From contig DMZI01000035.1 of assembly GCA_003485325.1 (NCBI GenBank), forward strand, positions 68-64,067: DNA of 64,000 bases. Direction: 5' to 3'. Positions 1 through 9,525 of the stretch are shown here, in pieces. The DNA comes from Desulfotomaculum sp. (lineage in GTDB: Bacteria > Bacillota > Desulfotomaculia > Desulfotomaculales > Nap2-2B). The notes under the pieces were generated by a model that made no database searches, was not told where the DNA came from, and was given only the letters and a program-made list of their open reading frames with translations. Every line of letters begins with the position of its first letter. Positions within the stretch are counted from its first letter, which is position 1. The translations under genes and the position numbers were made by a program.

Positions 1-30
1 ATTTTCAGGATATACTTATTTTCAGGATAG

Positions 31-269
31 ACACACATGCTGCCAATGCAGCGCCAGCAGGAGGATGAAAATTCATCAATAAAGGAAGGTCAATGCCTTA
101 AGTGCGATTTTGAGCCTTCATTCGAAGAACGAGAGAACCCGAGGATAAGCGAGGTAACTGTTTGAGGCGCATGGCGCCGAGTTTTACCGAGCCCGAGGGT
201 GAACGAGTTCGTACAAGTATAAGAGGCGAACATGAGCACGTAGGCAGTTGACCTTCCTAAGGCAAATTA
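31..269 (+). repeat. Copy A of a dispersed unclassified element. Its core of about 165 nt (36-199) is shared with 55359-55520 on the minus strand, and its first ~39 nt with 33271-33309. It is bracketed by direct repeats.
   Basis: Positions 88-123 are identical (36/36) to the reverse complement of 55438-55473, and homology continues on both sides. A perfect 13-bp direct repeat ATTTTCAGGATAG sits at 18-30 and 270-282. An internal long-range inverted repeat pairs GGAAGGTCAATGCC (84-97) with GGCAGTTGACCTTCC (243-257). Confidence 0.6.
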
Positions 270-320
270 ATTTTCAGGATAGTCAGAACTTGATCCAAAA
301 GAAAGAGAAGGATTTTAAAT

Positions 321-1217
321 ATGACGGTAGTGTCTGATACCAAAACATCGCTGCCAAAGCTGGTAATTGTCACAGGCTTATCAGGGGCTGGTAAAACCCA
401 AGTTTTGCGACACTTGGAGGACATTGGTTTTTTTTGTGTGGACAACCTTCCCCCTGCCTTAATCCCCAAGTTTACCGATCTGTGTAACCAGACGAATTCT
501 ATTGATAGGCTGTCACTGGTTGTAGACATTCGGGGGGGCATTTTTTTTGATGATTTGTTCGAAGTGCTCAGTGAACTAAAACAAAAAGGCGCTTACCAAT
601 ATGAAATACTTTTCCTTGAGGCATCTGACGAATGCCTCGTCCGGCGATTTAAGGAATCCAGGCGCAGCCACCCTCTAAGCGAGCACGGCGAAATATTAAA
701 GTCCATTCAGGAGGAAAGGGCTTGCCTTCAAGAACTTCGCGGGCGTGCAAATAAGGTGATAGACACGTCGGAACTCACCAATGCACAGCTTAAAGCTGAG
801 GTAAGCGAATTGTTTTCTTCAAGGGTGGATTTGTCCCAATTTAGAGTTTCGATAATTTCCTTTGGTTACAAGTACGGAATACCCCTGGACAGTGACCTCG
901 TTTTTGACGTACGCTTTCTTCCAAATCCACATTATGTTCCGGAACTTCGCTTATTGACCGGTAATGAAGCTGAGGTTGAAAAATATATATACAGCTCTAC
1001 AGTTACAGATAAATTCATGAACAAATTCCTGACCCTGATCGATTTTTTGGTACCGGAATATATAAAGGAAGGTAAGTCAATCCTGACCATTGCCGTCGGT
1101 TGTACAGGCGGGCGGCACCGTTCTGTTGCTATAGCCAATAACCTGGAACGGCATCTAAAGGATGAAAAATACCGGGTTTCAATAAGACATAGAGATATTA
1201 AACATCCTGATTTATAA
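321..1217 (+). CDS. rapZ: RNase adapter / nucleotide-binding protein RapZ (YvcJ family)
   Basis: 298-aa ORF with an N-terminal Walker A motif GLSGAGKT and a full-length RapZ-like pattern. It lies upstream of whiA, as in the conserved Firmicute locus. Confidence 0.9.
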   Translation: MTVVSDTKTSLPKLVIVTGLSGAGKTQVLRHLEDIGFFCVDNLPPALIPKFTDLCNQTNSIDRLSLVVDIRGGIFFDDLFEVLSELKQKGAYQYEILFLEASDECLVRRFKESRRSHPLSEHGEILKSIQEERACLQELRGRANKVIDTSELTNAQLKAEVSELFSSRVDLSQFRVSIISFGYKYGIPLDSDLVFDVRFLPNPHYVPELRLLTGNEAEVEKYIYSSTVTDKFMNKFLTLIDFLVPEYIKEGKSILTIAVGCTGGRHRSVAIANNLERHLKDEKYRVSIRHRDIKHPDL

Positions 1218-1233
1218 TAAAGCCAAATGATTT

Positions 1234-2073
1234 TTGGGGGACAAAAAAATGAAATTGATAAGGACAGCTCTTTTAGTTTTGGTACTATTGGTTGCTGCCT
1301 GGTTCGGTGTCCGGTATGTCTGGGAAATATTGCCCATCTATATTTATTCTGAACCTCAGGCCGAAGCTACCAATGCCAGTCAGATTCCTGTGTTAATGTA
1401 TCACAAGATTTCCCCCGATCTAAAAAGCGGCGGACTTGGAATGAGGGTGACTCCGGCGAGGTTTAACCTTCAAATGCAATACCTGGCTAAAAATGGTTAC
1501 CATACTGTTCCATTGACTGAACTTACAGATTTCATAAAGGGAAATAAAACTTTACCATCAAAATCAATTATCATAACCTTTGATGACGGATACCTTGATA
1601 ACTATAAATATGCTTTTCCAATTTTAAAAAAGTATGGATTTACTGCTGCAGTTTTTGTAGTTACAGACTATATTGGAAAAACGAACGAATTTGACGCAGC
1701 GAAAAAATTACAGATGGTTAACCAGTTGCTTGGATGGAACGAGATTGATCAAATGTCAGATTACGGTATAACAATTGGAGCACATACCCTGAAGCATGTT
1801 TCCTTGACAGACATAACATTACCGGAAGCCAGGTATGAAATTGAGAATTGCAAGTTGGTTCTTGAGGAACATTTAAAAACACCAATAGAAGCTTTTGCCT
1901 ATCCCTACGGACATTATAACAGCCAACTTAAGGAAATTGTACGGAAAAGCGGATATACTATCGCTGTAACGACCGATCAAGGCTTGGTTACGCCTGAAAG
2001 CGATCCTTACGCAATAAAGCGGGTAAGGATCACGGGTAATTATGATCTGAGGAAATTTATTAATGAGCTTTAA
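1234..2073 (+). CDS. Polysaccharide deacetylase family protein (NodB-type) with an N-terminal membrane anchor
   Basis: 279-aa ORF with a hydrophobic N-terminus and the NodB-type motif ITFDDGY, followed by later His-containing motifs. The ATG at 1249 is an alternative start. Confidence 0.8.
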   Translation: MGDKKMKLIRTALLVLVLLVAAWFGVRYVWEILPIYIYSEPQAEATNASQIPVLMYHKISPDLKSGGLGMRVTPARFNLQMQYLAKNGYHTVPLTELTDFIKGNKTLPSKSIIITFDDGYLDNYKYAFPILKKYGFTAAVFVVTDYIGKTNEFDAAKKLQMVNQLLGWNEIDQMSDYGITIGAHTLKHVSLTDITLPEARYEIENCKLVLEEHLKTPIEAFAYPYGHYNSQLKEIVRKSGYTIAVTTDQGLVTPESDPYAIKRVRITGNYDLRKFINEL

Positions 2074-2144
2074 AATAACCGGACTTAAATTTCCAGGCTA
2101 ACCGGCGGTGCTTATGGAAAAATTTTTTGCAGGTGATACAATAA

Positions 2145-3119
2145 ATGTCTTTTTCCATTATTACAAAGGATGAGTTGGCGCGGGTAATGGGAAATAACGA
2201 ATGCTGCAGGGAAGCTGAGCTTGCGGCGCTTATCAAAACAAACGGAACAATTCTGCCGATAAAAGATAATCAGGCTGTTTTAAGTATTAATACTGAAAGC
2301 GCGGCTTTAGCCCGTAAAAGCTTTTTGCTGCTTAAAGAAATATTTCAAATTTGTGCGCATATACAAGTTAAAAGGAAAAGAAGACTGCGCAAAAACAACA
2401 TCTATATCGTCAGGATTTCTTTGCCTGCGGATGCTTCAAGAGTCTTAGAAAAGCTTAGAATGTTGGACGATAAAAGTCAGTTAAAGGAAGCGATACCCGG
2501 CGGGCTGGTTCGCAAGGAATGCTGCCGCAGGGCTTACCTGCGCGGTTTATTTCTGGGCAGCGGTTCTATAAATAACCCTTCAAGCAATTATCATCTGGAG
2601 ATTACCAGTTCGAGCGAGAACTACGGGAGGGAAATATGCCGCCTGCTGCAGAGATTCAACCTTCATCCGGGACTGATTGCCCGTAAAAACGGTTTTGTCG
2701 CATACCTTAAGGAAGGCGGGCAGATTGCTGATTATTTAAATATTATTGGAGCACATACAGCCCTTCTGGATATGGAAAATATACGCGTTTACAAGGGGAT
2801 GCGCAATCAGGTTAACCGGCTCGTAAATTGTGAAACAGCTAATTTAAGCAAAACTGTAAATGCTTCTTTAAACCAACTTAAAACTATTAAATTTATAGCT
2901 TCAACTTTGGGGATTGGCAAATTGCCTCTTCCCCTCCGGCAAGTAGCATCCGCAAGGTTAGCTTATCCCGATGCCAGTCTTAGGGAACTGGGGGAACTTA
3001 TCGAACCTAAAATCAGCAAGTCGGGTGTAAGATACCGGTTGGAAAAGTTGGAAGAGATAGCGCAGCAGTACCTGCTCAACCAGGGCATTTTTTCTCTGAA
3101 AGAGAAGATTCACCAATAG
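2145..3119 (+). CDS. whiA: DNA-binding protein WhiA
   Basis: 324-aa ORF with a WhiA-family pattern: a degenerate LAGLIDADG-like core plus a C-terminal HTH (KISKSGVRYRLEKLEE). Synteny with rapZ supports the call. Confidence 0.9.
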   Translation: MSFSIITKDELARVMGNNECCREAELAALIKTNGTILPIKDNQAVLSINTESAALARKSFLLLKEIFQICAHIQVKRKRRLRKNNIYIVRISLPADASRVLEKLRMLDDKSQLKEAIPGGLVRKECCRRAYLRGLFLGSGSINNPSSNYHLEITSSSENYGREICRLLQRFNLHPGLIARKNGFVAYLKEGGQIADYLNIIGAHTALLDMENIRVYKGMRNQVNRLVNCETANLSKTVNASLNQLKTIKFIASTLGIGKLPLPLRQVASARLAYPDASLRELGELIEPKISKSGVRYRLEKLEEIAQQYLLNQGIFSLKEKIHQ

Positions 3120-3129
3120 AGGTGTTTCA

Positions 3130-4527
3130 ATGACGGCTGGAAATACCATTAAAATGGAACAAACTCAAAAAATGATGATTACCCCGGGGCTCAGGCAGGC
3201 TATTATGGTTTTACAGTTGTCTATGGTGGATTTAAACAGTTACCTTGAGCAGCAGCTCCAGGAAAATCCAATGTTGGAATTTGAGGAGGAAAGCGATCAG
3301 CAGGAAATCGGGAGGTTGGCTTCGGAAACCGGTTTAGGAGATGATGAATATGAGTTTGATCCCGAATGGCAGGATTACTTTCAGGACAGCAGTGACCTCG
3401 GTTTCTTAAAACCGGAAAAAGAAACTGATCAAGAAAATTCAAACTACGAAAATTACATCAGGCAAGAATACGGTTTGGTGGAATTTCTTTGTGATCAATT
3501 AAACCTTGTCATAAATAATACAAGGCAGAGATTGATAGGCCGGTATTTAATAGGCAATTTGGACGAGAATGGGTATTTACAGGTTTCTGTTGATGAAGTT
3601 GCCGCTTCGTTAAAAGTAAATCGCGAGGAAGTCGAAGAAACGCTTAAAATAATTCAAAACTTCGACCCGGCCGGAATAGGCGCTCGTAATCTGCAGGAGT
3701 GCCTTTTAATACAGGTCAGACAGTTAAATATTAAAGATGAGTTATTGGAAAATGTTATTATGTACCATCTGCCCGAGTTAGCCAAAGGCAAGCTGTTATT
3801 AATAGCGCATCAGCTCGGCGTTAACTTTGCAGATATCCAAGGTATTTTACGTTTTATTAAAACCCTGGATCCCAAACCTGGCTGTAATTACAGTTCCGGT
3901 AACAGTGTAAAATATGTTATTCCTGATGTCATTGTGGAAAGAGCGGGACAGGATTATACAATAATAATAAATGACGGAATAAATCTAAAAATTAATCCAT
4001 ATTACAAGTCAATATTGGAGAAGGAAGCAGATTCAAAGGTTCGTCACTTTTTAAGGGTTAAGCTGAATGCTGCTGTTTGGTTGATCAAAAGCGTTGAACA
4101 GCGCAGAATTACTTTGTTTAAAATAGCAAACTGCCTGGTTGCTTTACAGCAGGACTTTCTAAGATGCGGATATGAACACCTGAAACCTTTGAACTTAAAA
4201 CAGGTTGCAAAAATTGTCGGGCTGCATGAATCTACTATCAGCAGGGCAACTTCAAACAAATACGTTCAAACACCCCAGGGTATGTTTCCAATGAGGTCTT
4301 TTTTCTCCGCAGGAATAAGCAGCGGCGGCAATAAAGAAACTTCCGCGGCAGCCATCAAGGAAAGCCTCCGTAAAATCGTAGCCCGGGAAAACCCAATAAA
4401 GCCTTTAAACGATCAGGATGTTGCCGACAAATTTGCTGAACGCGGGATTAGAATTTCTCGCCGTACAATTGCCAAATATCGCAGTGAAATTGGAATACCT
4501 TCCGCCCGTCAAAGAATAAGATATTAG
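3130..4527 (+). CDS. rpoN: RNA polymerase sigma-54 factor
   Basis: 465-aa ORF with an acidic region II, a C-terminal HTH and the RpoN box (SRRTIAKYRSEIGIP). Confidence 0.92.
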   Translation: MTAGNTIKMEQTQKMMITPGLRQAIMVLQLSMVDLNSYLEQQLQENPMLEFEEESDQQEIGRLASETGLGDDEYEFDPEWQDYFQDSSDLGFLKPEKETDQENSNYENYIRQEYGLVEFLCDQLNLVINNTRQRLIGRYLIGNLDENGYLQVSVDEVAASLKVNREEVEETLKIIQNFDPAGIGARNLQECLLIQVRQLNIKDELLENVIMYHLPELAKGKLLLIAHQLGVNFADIQGILRFIKTLDPKPGCNYSSGNSVKYVIPDVIVERAGQDYTIIINDGINLKINPYYKSILEKEADSKVRHFLRVKLNAAVWLIKSVEQRRITLFKIANCLVALQQDFLRCGYEHLKPLNLKQVAKIVGLHESTISRATSNKYVQTPQGMFPMRSFFSAGISSGGNKETSAAAIKESLRKIVARENPIKPLNDQDVADKFAERGIRISRRTIAKYRSEIGIPSARQRIRY

Positions 4528-4665
4528 TTGCAAGACAATTTTAAGGGGACGTTTTTTAATCGTTCTCTTTTTATTTAAAAATTAAAGGGAAATTATTAGT
4601 CGACAGCGAATAGAATTATTACATCATAATTAACCAAAAAGTGTTATATAAGACATACTATTAAA

Positions 4666-6507
4666 CTCAACTTTGACAGCAAAACGCCTTTTTGAAGCAA
4701 AAAGAGCTAAAAAACCCAATAGAATCAAGGGGTGGTCGTAAATATTTCTAAAAACGTAGTGCTACGTCTATAAAATATTAGTCTTTAAACGATGAGTTGA
4801 CAATAGTATAATGAAAGTGCTATGTATACCAGAACAAAAACATTTACCAATAAAGACGGCACAACTAGAACTTACCTGTATATCGTGGAAACTGTCCGTA
4901 AGCAAGGAAAGATCAATCAAAACATAGTTGCCAATCTCGGCCGTATTGAAGATATGCAGTCAGGAGAACTCGACCGACTGATCGAGAGTCTGGCCAAGTT
5001 TTCCAAAAAGAAATGGATCCAGACACAAGCCGCAAAGATTATGGTGGAGTATGCCAAGGAATGGGGCACCGACCTGATCTTTAGAAACATCTGGGAAAAG
5101 CTCGGCCTTAAGGAAACCTTAGAAAAACTCCTGGCTAAAACTGAGATTAACACACCTATCGCCGAAGCGGTATACGCTATGGTGTTAAACCGTATTTCCG
5201 ACCCGCTTTCCAAAAGGGCTGTAAACGAATGGATAGACGAGATTTACCGGCCTTCATTCAAAGAGCTGCAATTACATCATTTCTACCGGGCGCTGGACTT
5301 TCTCATTGAGAATAAAAACACTATTGAACTGGAACTTTTCGAACAAACTAAGAATCTTTTTAACATGCAGCTGGATATGGTGTTCTGGGATACAACATCA
5401 ACTTACTTCGAAGGAAACGGTCCGGCAGGTTTGGCGGAATATGGACACTCCAAAGATCACCGACCTGACCGCGTACAGATCCTTGTCGGCTTATTGATGA
5501 CCAAAGAGGGTATTCCGGTAGCGCACCAGGTATTCCCCGGCAATACCGCAGACATAGATACTTTTAAAGCAATGATTAAAGATACAAGGGAGCGTTTCTT
5601 AATTCGGCGCGTAATCTTTGTCGGTGACCGCGGGATGGTCAGCACTAAACTCTTAGAAGAACTGGACCGCCAGCATATTGAATATATTGCCGGTGTGCGA
5701 ATGCGTAAGGCAAAAGCTGTCGAAGACATCTTAAAAGTTGGCGGCAGATACAAGACAGTCAGTGACAATCTCAAGGTAAAGGAAGTCTGGTCAAAAGACG
5801 CAAGCCGATACATCATCTGCTACAACCCTGTTGAAGCGGAACATGACCGTAAAGCCAGAGAGGAAACAGCCGGTAAACTGGAAACTAAACTTAAACAAAA
5901 AGGCCTTGAGCAACTGATCGGAAACAGCGGCTACCGTCACTACCTGGTTTTAGACAAACCAAAAGTTGAAATAAATTACCGGTTGATTAAAGAGGAAGCC
6001 AGGTTTGACGGCAAGTATGTTTTACGAACCAATACTGCGCTTGACAGTGCTGAGGTTGCCCTGGCTTATAAAGATCTCTGGCGTGTGGAAAGAGCCTTTC
6101 GCGATCTAAAGTCCACTCTTGATTTAAGACCAATTTATCATTGGAAAGACCGCCGGGTAAGGGGTCATGTTATGATCTGCTTTCTCGCCCTAGTTCTGGA
6201 GTCAGCATTGTACAGATCATTAAAACTGACAGATAGCTATGTGGAATATATGTATTTGATCCGTGACTTAAAGCAACTCAAAGCTGTGGAACTGACTTTT
6301 CAGGAAGACCGCTTTATCTGCCGAACAGAATTACCAGGATCTTCTTATGAAGCTTTTAAGGCTCTTGGATTAAGGCCGCCAAATCATGTAATTGAACATT
6401 CTTAAGTTCATTGCCATAATATTACATTTGTAGTGGTACGTCTTTAATTTGTTCCCGCTAAGCCTTGGTATATGGGATAGTTAATCATGTTAAGTGTCAA
6501 AGATGAG
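4666..6507 (+). mobile_element. IS1634-family (IS4-like) insertion sequence, 1842 bp, apparently intact
   Basis: The terminal inverted repeats are CTCAACTTTGACA (4666-4678) and the reverse complement of 6495-6507, CTCATCTTTGACA (12/13 identical). They are flanked by a 5-bp direct duplication TTAAA (4661-4665 and 6508-6512). The element encloses a single DDE transposase ORF. Confidence 0.8.
4822..6405 (+). CDS. IS1634-family DDE transposase
   Basis: 527-aa ORF. It has the characteristic N-terminal KTFTNKDGTTRTYLYIVE motif, a DDE-type core (WDTTSTYFEG, FVGDRGM) and the C-terminal YKDLWRVERAFRDLKS motif typical of IS4/IS1634 transposases. Confidence 0.85.
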   Translation: MYTRTKTFTNKDGTTRTYLYIVETVRKQGKINQNIVANLGRIEDMQSGELDRLIESLAKFSKKKWIQTQAAKIMVEYAKEWGTDLIFRNIWEKLGLKETLEKLLAKTEINTPIAEAVYAMVLNRISDPLSKRAVNEWIDEIYRPSFKELQLHHFYRALDFLIENKNTIELELFEQTKNLFNMQLDMVFWDTTSTYFEGNGPAGLAEYGHSKDHRPDRVQILVGLLMTKEGIPVAHQVFPGNTADIDTFKAMIKDTRERFLIRRVIFVGDRGMVSTKLLEELDRQHIEYIAGVRMRKAKAVEDILKVGGRYKTVSDNLKVKEVWSKDASRYIICYNPVEAEHDRKAREETAGKLETKLKQKGLEQLIGNSGYRHYLVLDKPKVEINYRLIKEEARFDGKYVLRTNTALDSAEVALAYKDLWRVERAFRDLKSTLDLRPIYHWKDRRVRGHVMICFLALVLESALYRSLKLTDSYVEYMYLIRDLKQLKAVELTFQEDRFICRTELPGSSYEAFKALGLRPPNHVIEHS

Positions 6508-6527
6508 TTAAAGGAGTGGCAGGAAAA

Positions 6528-7535
6528 ATGACAATCAAAGTTGGTATCAATGGATTCGGCCGGGTAGGCCGTTGTGTTTTCCGTCTAGCGTTGATGGACC
6601 CCGAAGTGGAGGTAGTTATCGTGAATAGCAATGGGGATGCACCTACGTTGGCCCACCTTTTAATGTACGACTCAGTACACGGCAGACTGGCAAAAAGAGT
6701 TAATGTTTCCGACGGGGGATTTATAATTGACGACAGAAAAGTAGCTGTGATTACGGAAAAAGATCCTGATAAATTACCATGGGGAGAGTATGGCGTTGAT
6801 ATAGTGGTTGAATCTACCGGCAAGTATAAAGATGGTAAGGAAGCCTGTATGCATATAAGACAGAAGGCGAAAAAGGTTATTATTACTGCTCCTGCGAAGA
6901 ACGAAGATATTACCATCATCATGGGAGTGAATGATGATAAATATAACCCGGACAGCCATCATGTTGTTTCCTGCGGCTCCTGTACAACAAACTGTCTCGC
7001 CCCAATTGCCAAGGTATTGCATAGAAAGTACGAAATTATAAGCGGTTTGATGACATCTATACATGCTTACACAAATGACCAGAAGCTTCAGGATTCCCGG
7101 CACAAGGATTTGCGCAGGTCAAGAGCTGCGGCAATGTCAATCATTCCTACTACCACAGGCGCAGCAAAGGCTATTAATTTTGTTCTGCCTGAACTGGAGG
7201 GCAGAATAAACGGTCTTTCTTTACGTGTTCCTACGCCTAATGTAAGTGTAGTGGATTTTGTTGCTCAGGTTAATAAGCCTACCAATAAGGATGATGTTAA
7301 TTTTGAACTAAAAGATGCATCAGAGGGTGAGTTGCAGGGAATCCTTGCTTTTAGTGATCTCCCGCTGGTATCTTGTGATTTTAATGGGGATCCTCATTCT
7401 TCAATTGTTGACGGGCTTTCAACAATGGTTGTTGGAGAAAAACATGTTAAAGTAGTAGCCTGGTACGACAATGAATGGGGTTATGCCAGCCGTGTTATTG
7501 ACCTGGCCAAGTATATGGCCCAAAAAGGATTATAA
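6528..7535 (+). CDS. gap: Type I glyceraldehyde-3-phosphate dehydrogenase
   Basis: It carries the NAD-binding motif INGFGRVGR and the catalytic motif SCTTNC. The SD AAGGAG at 6511-6516 precedes ATG 6528. The ORF-track GTG at 6516 sits inside the SD and was rejected as the start. Confidence 0.93.
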   Translation: MTIKVGINGFGRVGRCVFRLALMDPEVEVVIVNSNGDAPTLAHLLMYDSVHGRLAKRVNVSDGGFIIDDRKVAVITEKDPDKLPWGEYGVDIVVESTGKYKDGKEACMHIRQKAKKVIITAPAKNEDITIIMGVNDDKYNPDSHHVVSCGSCTTNCLAPIAKVLHRKYEIISGLMTSIHAYTNDQKLQDSRHKDLRRSRAAAMSIIPTTTGAAKAINFVLPELEGRINGLSLRVPTPNVSVVDFVAQVNKPTNKDDVNFELKDASEGELQGILAFSDLPLVSCDFNGDPHSSIVDGLSTMVVGEKHVKVVAWYDNEWGYASRVIDLAKYMAQKGL

Positions 7536-7569
7536 ACGTTTAAAAACTATAAAGAGCTAGGGGATAGAA

Positions 7570-8754
7570 ATGAATAAAAAATCTGTTTCAGAGATAGATG
7601 TAACCGGTAAGAGAGTGCTAGTACGGGTGGATTTTAATGTACCTTTAAATGATGACGGGGAAGTATCAGACGATACGCGCATTATTGCATCTCTGCCGAC
7701 GCTTATTTATTTAATCGAGAAACAGGCTAAAGTGATTATCGTTTCGCACCTGGGGCGTCCCAAGGGCAAGTTTGACGAAAGATACCGTCTTGATCCTGCA
7801 GCAAGACGGCTTGCAGAACTGTTAAAAAAGCCTGTGCAAAAAGTAAACGATTGCATCGGCGATGAACCTAAAGCTGCTATCTCCAGTATGCAGCCCGGTG
7901 ATGTGCTCCTTTTGGAGAATGTACGCTTTTACCCCGGAGAAGAAAAAAATGAAGAAAAATTTGCCCGTGGCCTAGCCGAATTGGCGGATATTTATGTAAA
8001 CGATGCTTTCGGGACAGCCCACCGCGCACATGCTTCGACTGAAGGGGTAGCACATTTATTGCCGGCTGTAGCTGGTTTTTTAATGCAAAAAGAAATTAAT
8101 ATGCTGGGCAAAACAATAATGCAGCCGGAACATCCTTTCTTTATTATTCTGGGTGGGGCAAAAATATCGGATAAAATAGGGATTATCGACAATCTTTTGG
8201 GAAAAGTGGATAACCTTATTATCGGGGGCGGAATGGCCAATACATTCTTACGGGCAGCCGGGTACGGGCTGGGCAAGTCCTTGATCGAAGCCGATAAGGT
8301 TGAGTTTGCCGGAGAACTTGCCGCGAAAATAAAAGATCAGGGTCTTAAGCTTATGCTGCCGGTGGATTTGGTCGTTACGCCTGCTGCTGAACCTGGTTCG
8401 GAAAGGAAAGTTGTATCTATAAACGAGGTTCCGGAAGATTGGATGGCGTTAGATATAGGGCCGGAAACTATAGGAGTATATACTAAAGCGGTAAGTGTGG
8501 CAAAAACAGTGATTTGGAACGGCCCAATGGGTGTTTTTGAAATGCCCCCCTTCGCCCAGGGCACTTTTTCATTAGCCCGGGCTTTAGTGGAAAGCGGCGC
8601 TATAACTGTCGTCGGCGGGGGAGATACAGCGTCAGCGGTAGAAAAAGCGGGTATAGCGGATAGAATTACACATATTTCAACTGGTGGGGGAGCTTCACTG
8701 GAGTTTATGGAGGGGAAGGTACTTCCCGGTGTAGCCGCTTTATTGGACGATTAG
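7570..8754 (+). CDS. pgk: Phosphoglycerate kinase
   Basis: 394-aa ORF with a full-length PGK pattern (RVDFNVP, the GGGDT hinge region). It sits in the glycolytic operon. Confidence 0.95.
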   Translation: MNKKSVSEIDVTGKRVLVRVDFNVPLNDDGEVSDDTRIIASLPTLIYLIEKQAKVIIVSHLGRPKGKFDERYRLDPAARRLAELLKKPVQKVNDCIGDEPKAAISSMQPGDVLLLENVRFYPGEEKNEEKFARGLAELADIYVNDAFGTAHRAHASTEGVAHLLPAVAGFLMQKEINMLGKTIMQPEHPFFIILGGAKISDKIGIIDNLLGKVDNLIIGGGMANTFLRAAGYGLGKSLIEADKVEFAGELAAKIKDQGLKLMLPVDLVVTPAAEPGSERKVVSINEVPEDWMALDIGPETIGVYTKAVSVAKTVIWNGPMGVFEMPPFAQGTFSLARALVESGAITVVGGGDTASAVEKAGIADRITHISTGGGASLEFMEGKVLPGVAALLDD

Positions 8755-8768
8755 AAAGGAAGAAAAAC

Positions 8769-9524
8769 ATGCGAACACCTTTAATAGTGGGAAACTGGAA
8801 AATGTATAAAACGCCTGCAGAGGCAGCTAATTTTGTCAGGGAATTACGGGAGAAGCTTGGGGAGGTTAAGAAAGCGGAAGTTGTAGTCTGCCCGCCTTTT
8901 GTAGCTCTTTACAGTGTTGCTCGTGAACTGGGCGGAAGCATAATCGGGCTGGGAGCCCAGAATATGTACTGCGAGGATGAAGGCGCCTATACAGGAGAGG
9001 TTGCGCCTCCGATGTTGAAAGAGATTGGCTGCAGTTATGTAATACTGGGGCATTCTGAAAGGCGCCAGTATTTTGGGGAAAGTAATCAGCTTATTAATAG
9101 AAAAGTCCGGGCATCTCTTAAAGCGGAGCTTACACCAATTGTCTGCGTTGGAGAGATCCTGGAAGAAAGAAAAAACGGAATAACCGATCAAATTATTGAG
9201 AAACAACTTGGCGGTTCTTTAGCTGGTTTCAGCCCGCTTGAATTATCCAGGATCATTGTTGCCTACGAACCGGTTTGGGCTATAGGTACGGGGCTTACCG
9301 CCGAAGCAAAGGATGCGCAACAGGTAAATGGTCTGATCCGCAGTTTCCTGGTTCAGAATGCAGGCCCTGAAATAGCACAAAAAATACGGGTTTTATATGG
9401 CGGAAGTGTAAAACCTGATAATATTGCGGGACTTATGGCTCAGCCTGATGTTGACGGCGCCCTAGTTGGAGGAGCCAGCCTGAAGGTTAATGCCTTTTCA
9501 GAAATAGTTTGGAATTGTTATTGA
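8769..9524 (+). CDS. tpiA: Triose-phosphate isomerase
   Basis: 251-aa ORF with the TIM signature [11 protein letters not shown] and the catalytic HSERR motif. Confidence 0.95.
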   Translation: MRTPLIVGNWKMYKTPAEAANFVRELREKLGEVKKAEVVVCPPFVALYSVARELGGSIIGLGAQNMYCEDEGAYTGEVAPPMLKEIGCSYVILGHSERRQYFGESNQLINRKVRASLKAELTPIVCVGEILEERKNGITDQIIEKQLGGSLAGFSPLELSRIIVAYEPVWAIGTGLTAEAKDAQQVNGLIRSFLVQNAGPEIAQKIRVLYGGSVKPDNIAGLMAQPDVDGALVGGASLKVNAFSEIVWNCY

Positions 9525-9525
9525 A

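Noticed and set aside
36-56. Sigma-54-like -24/-12 element on the reverse strand of element copy A (TGGCGCTGCATTGGCA)
   Set aside because: The GG/GC spacing fits only in copy A. The equivalent positions in copies B and C lack the -12 or -24 element, and the promoter would point away from every nearby gene.
101-260. Group II intron remnant, suggested by GTGCG at 102-106
   Set aside because: There is no domain V-like hairpin and no intron-encoded ORF. The segment is far too short, and GTGCG alone is not informative.
257-541. 94-aa ORF antisense to the rapZ start, and similar short antisense ORFs throughout the track (for example 8844-9206, 24550-24969, 35315-35719, 62824-63312)
   Set aside because: All are nested opposite strongly supported conserved genes. 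They have no RBS and no recognisable motifs.
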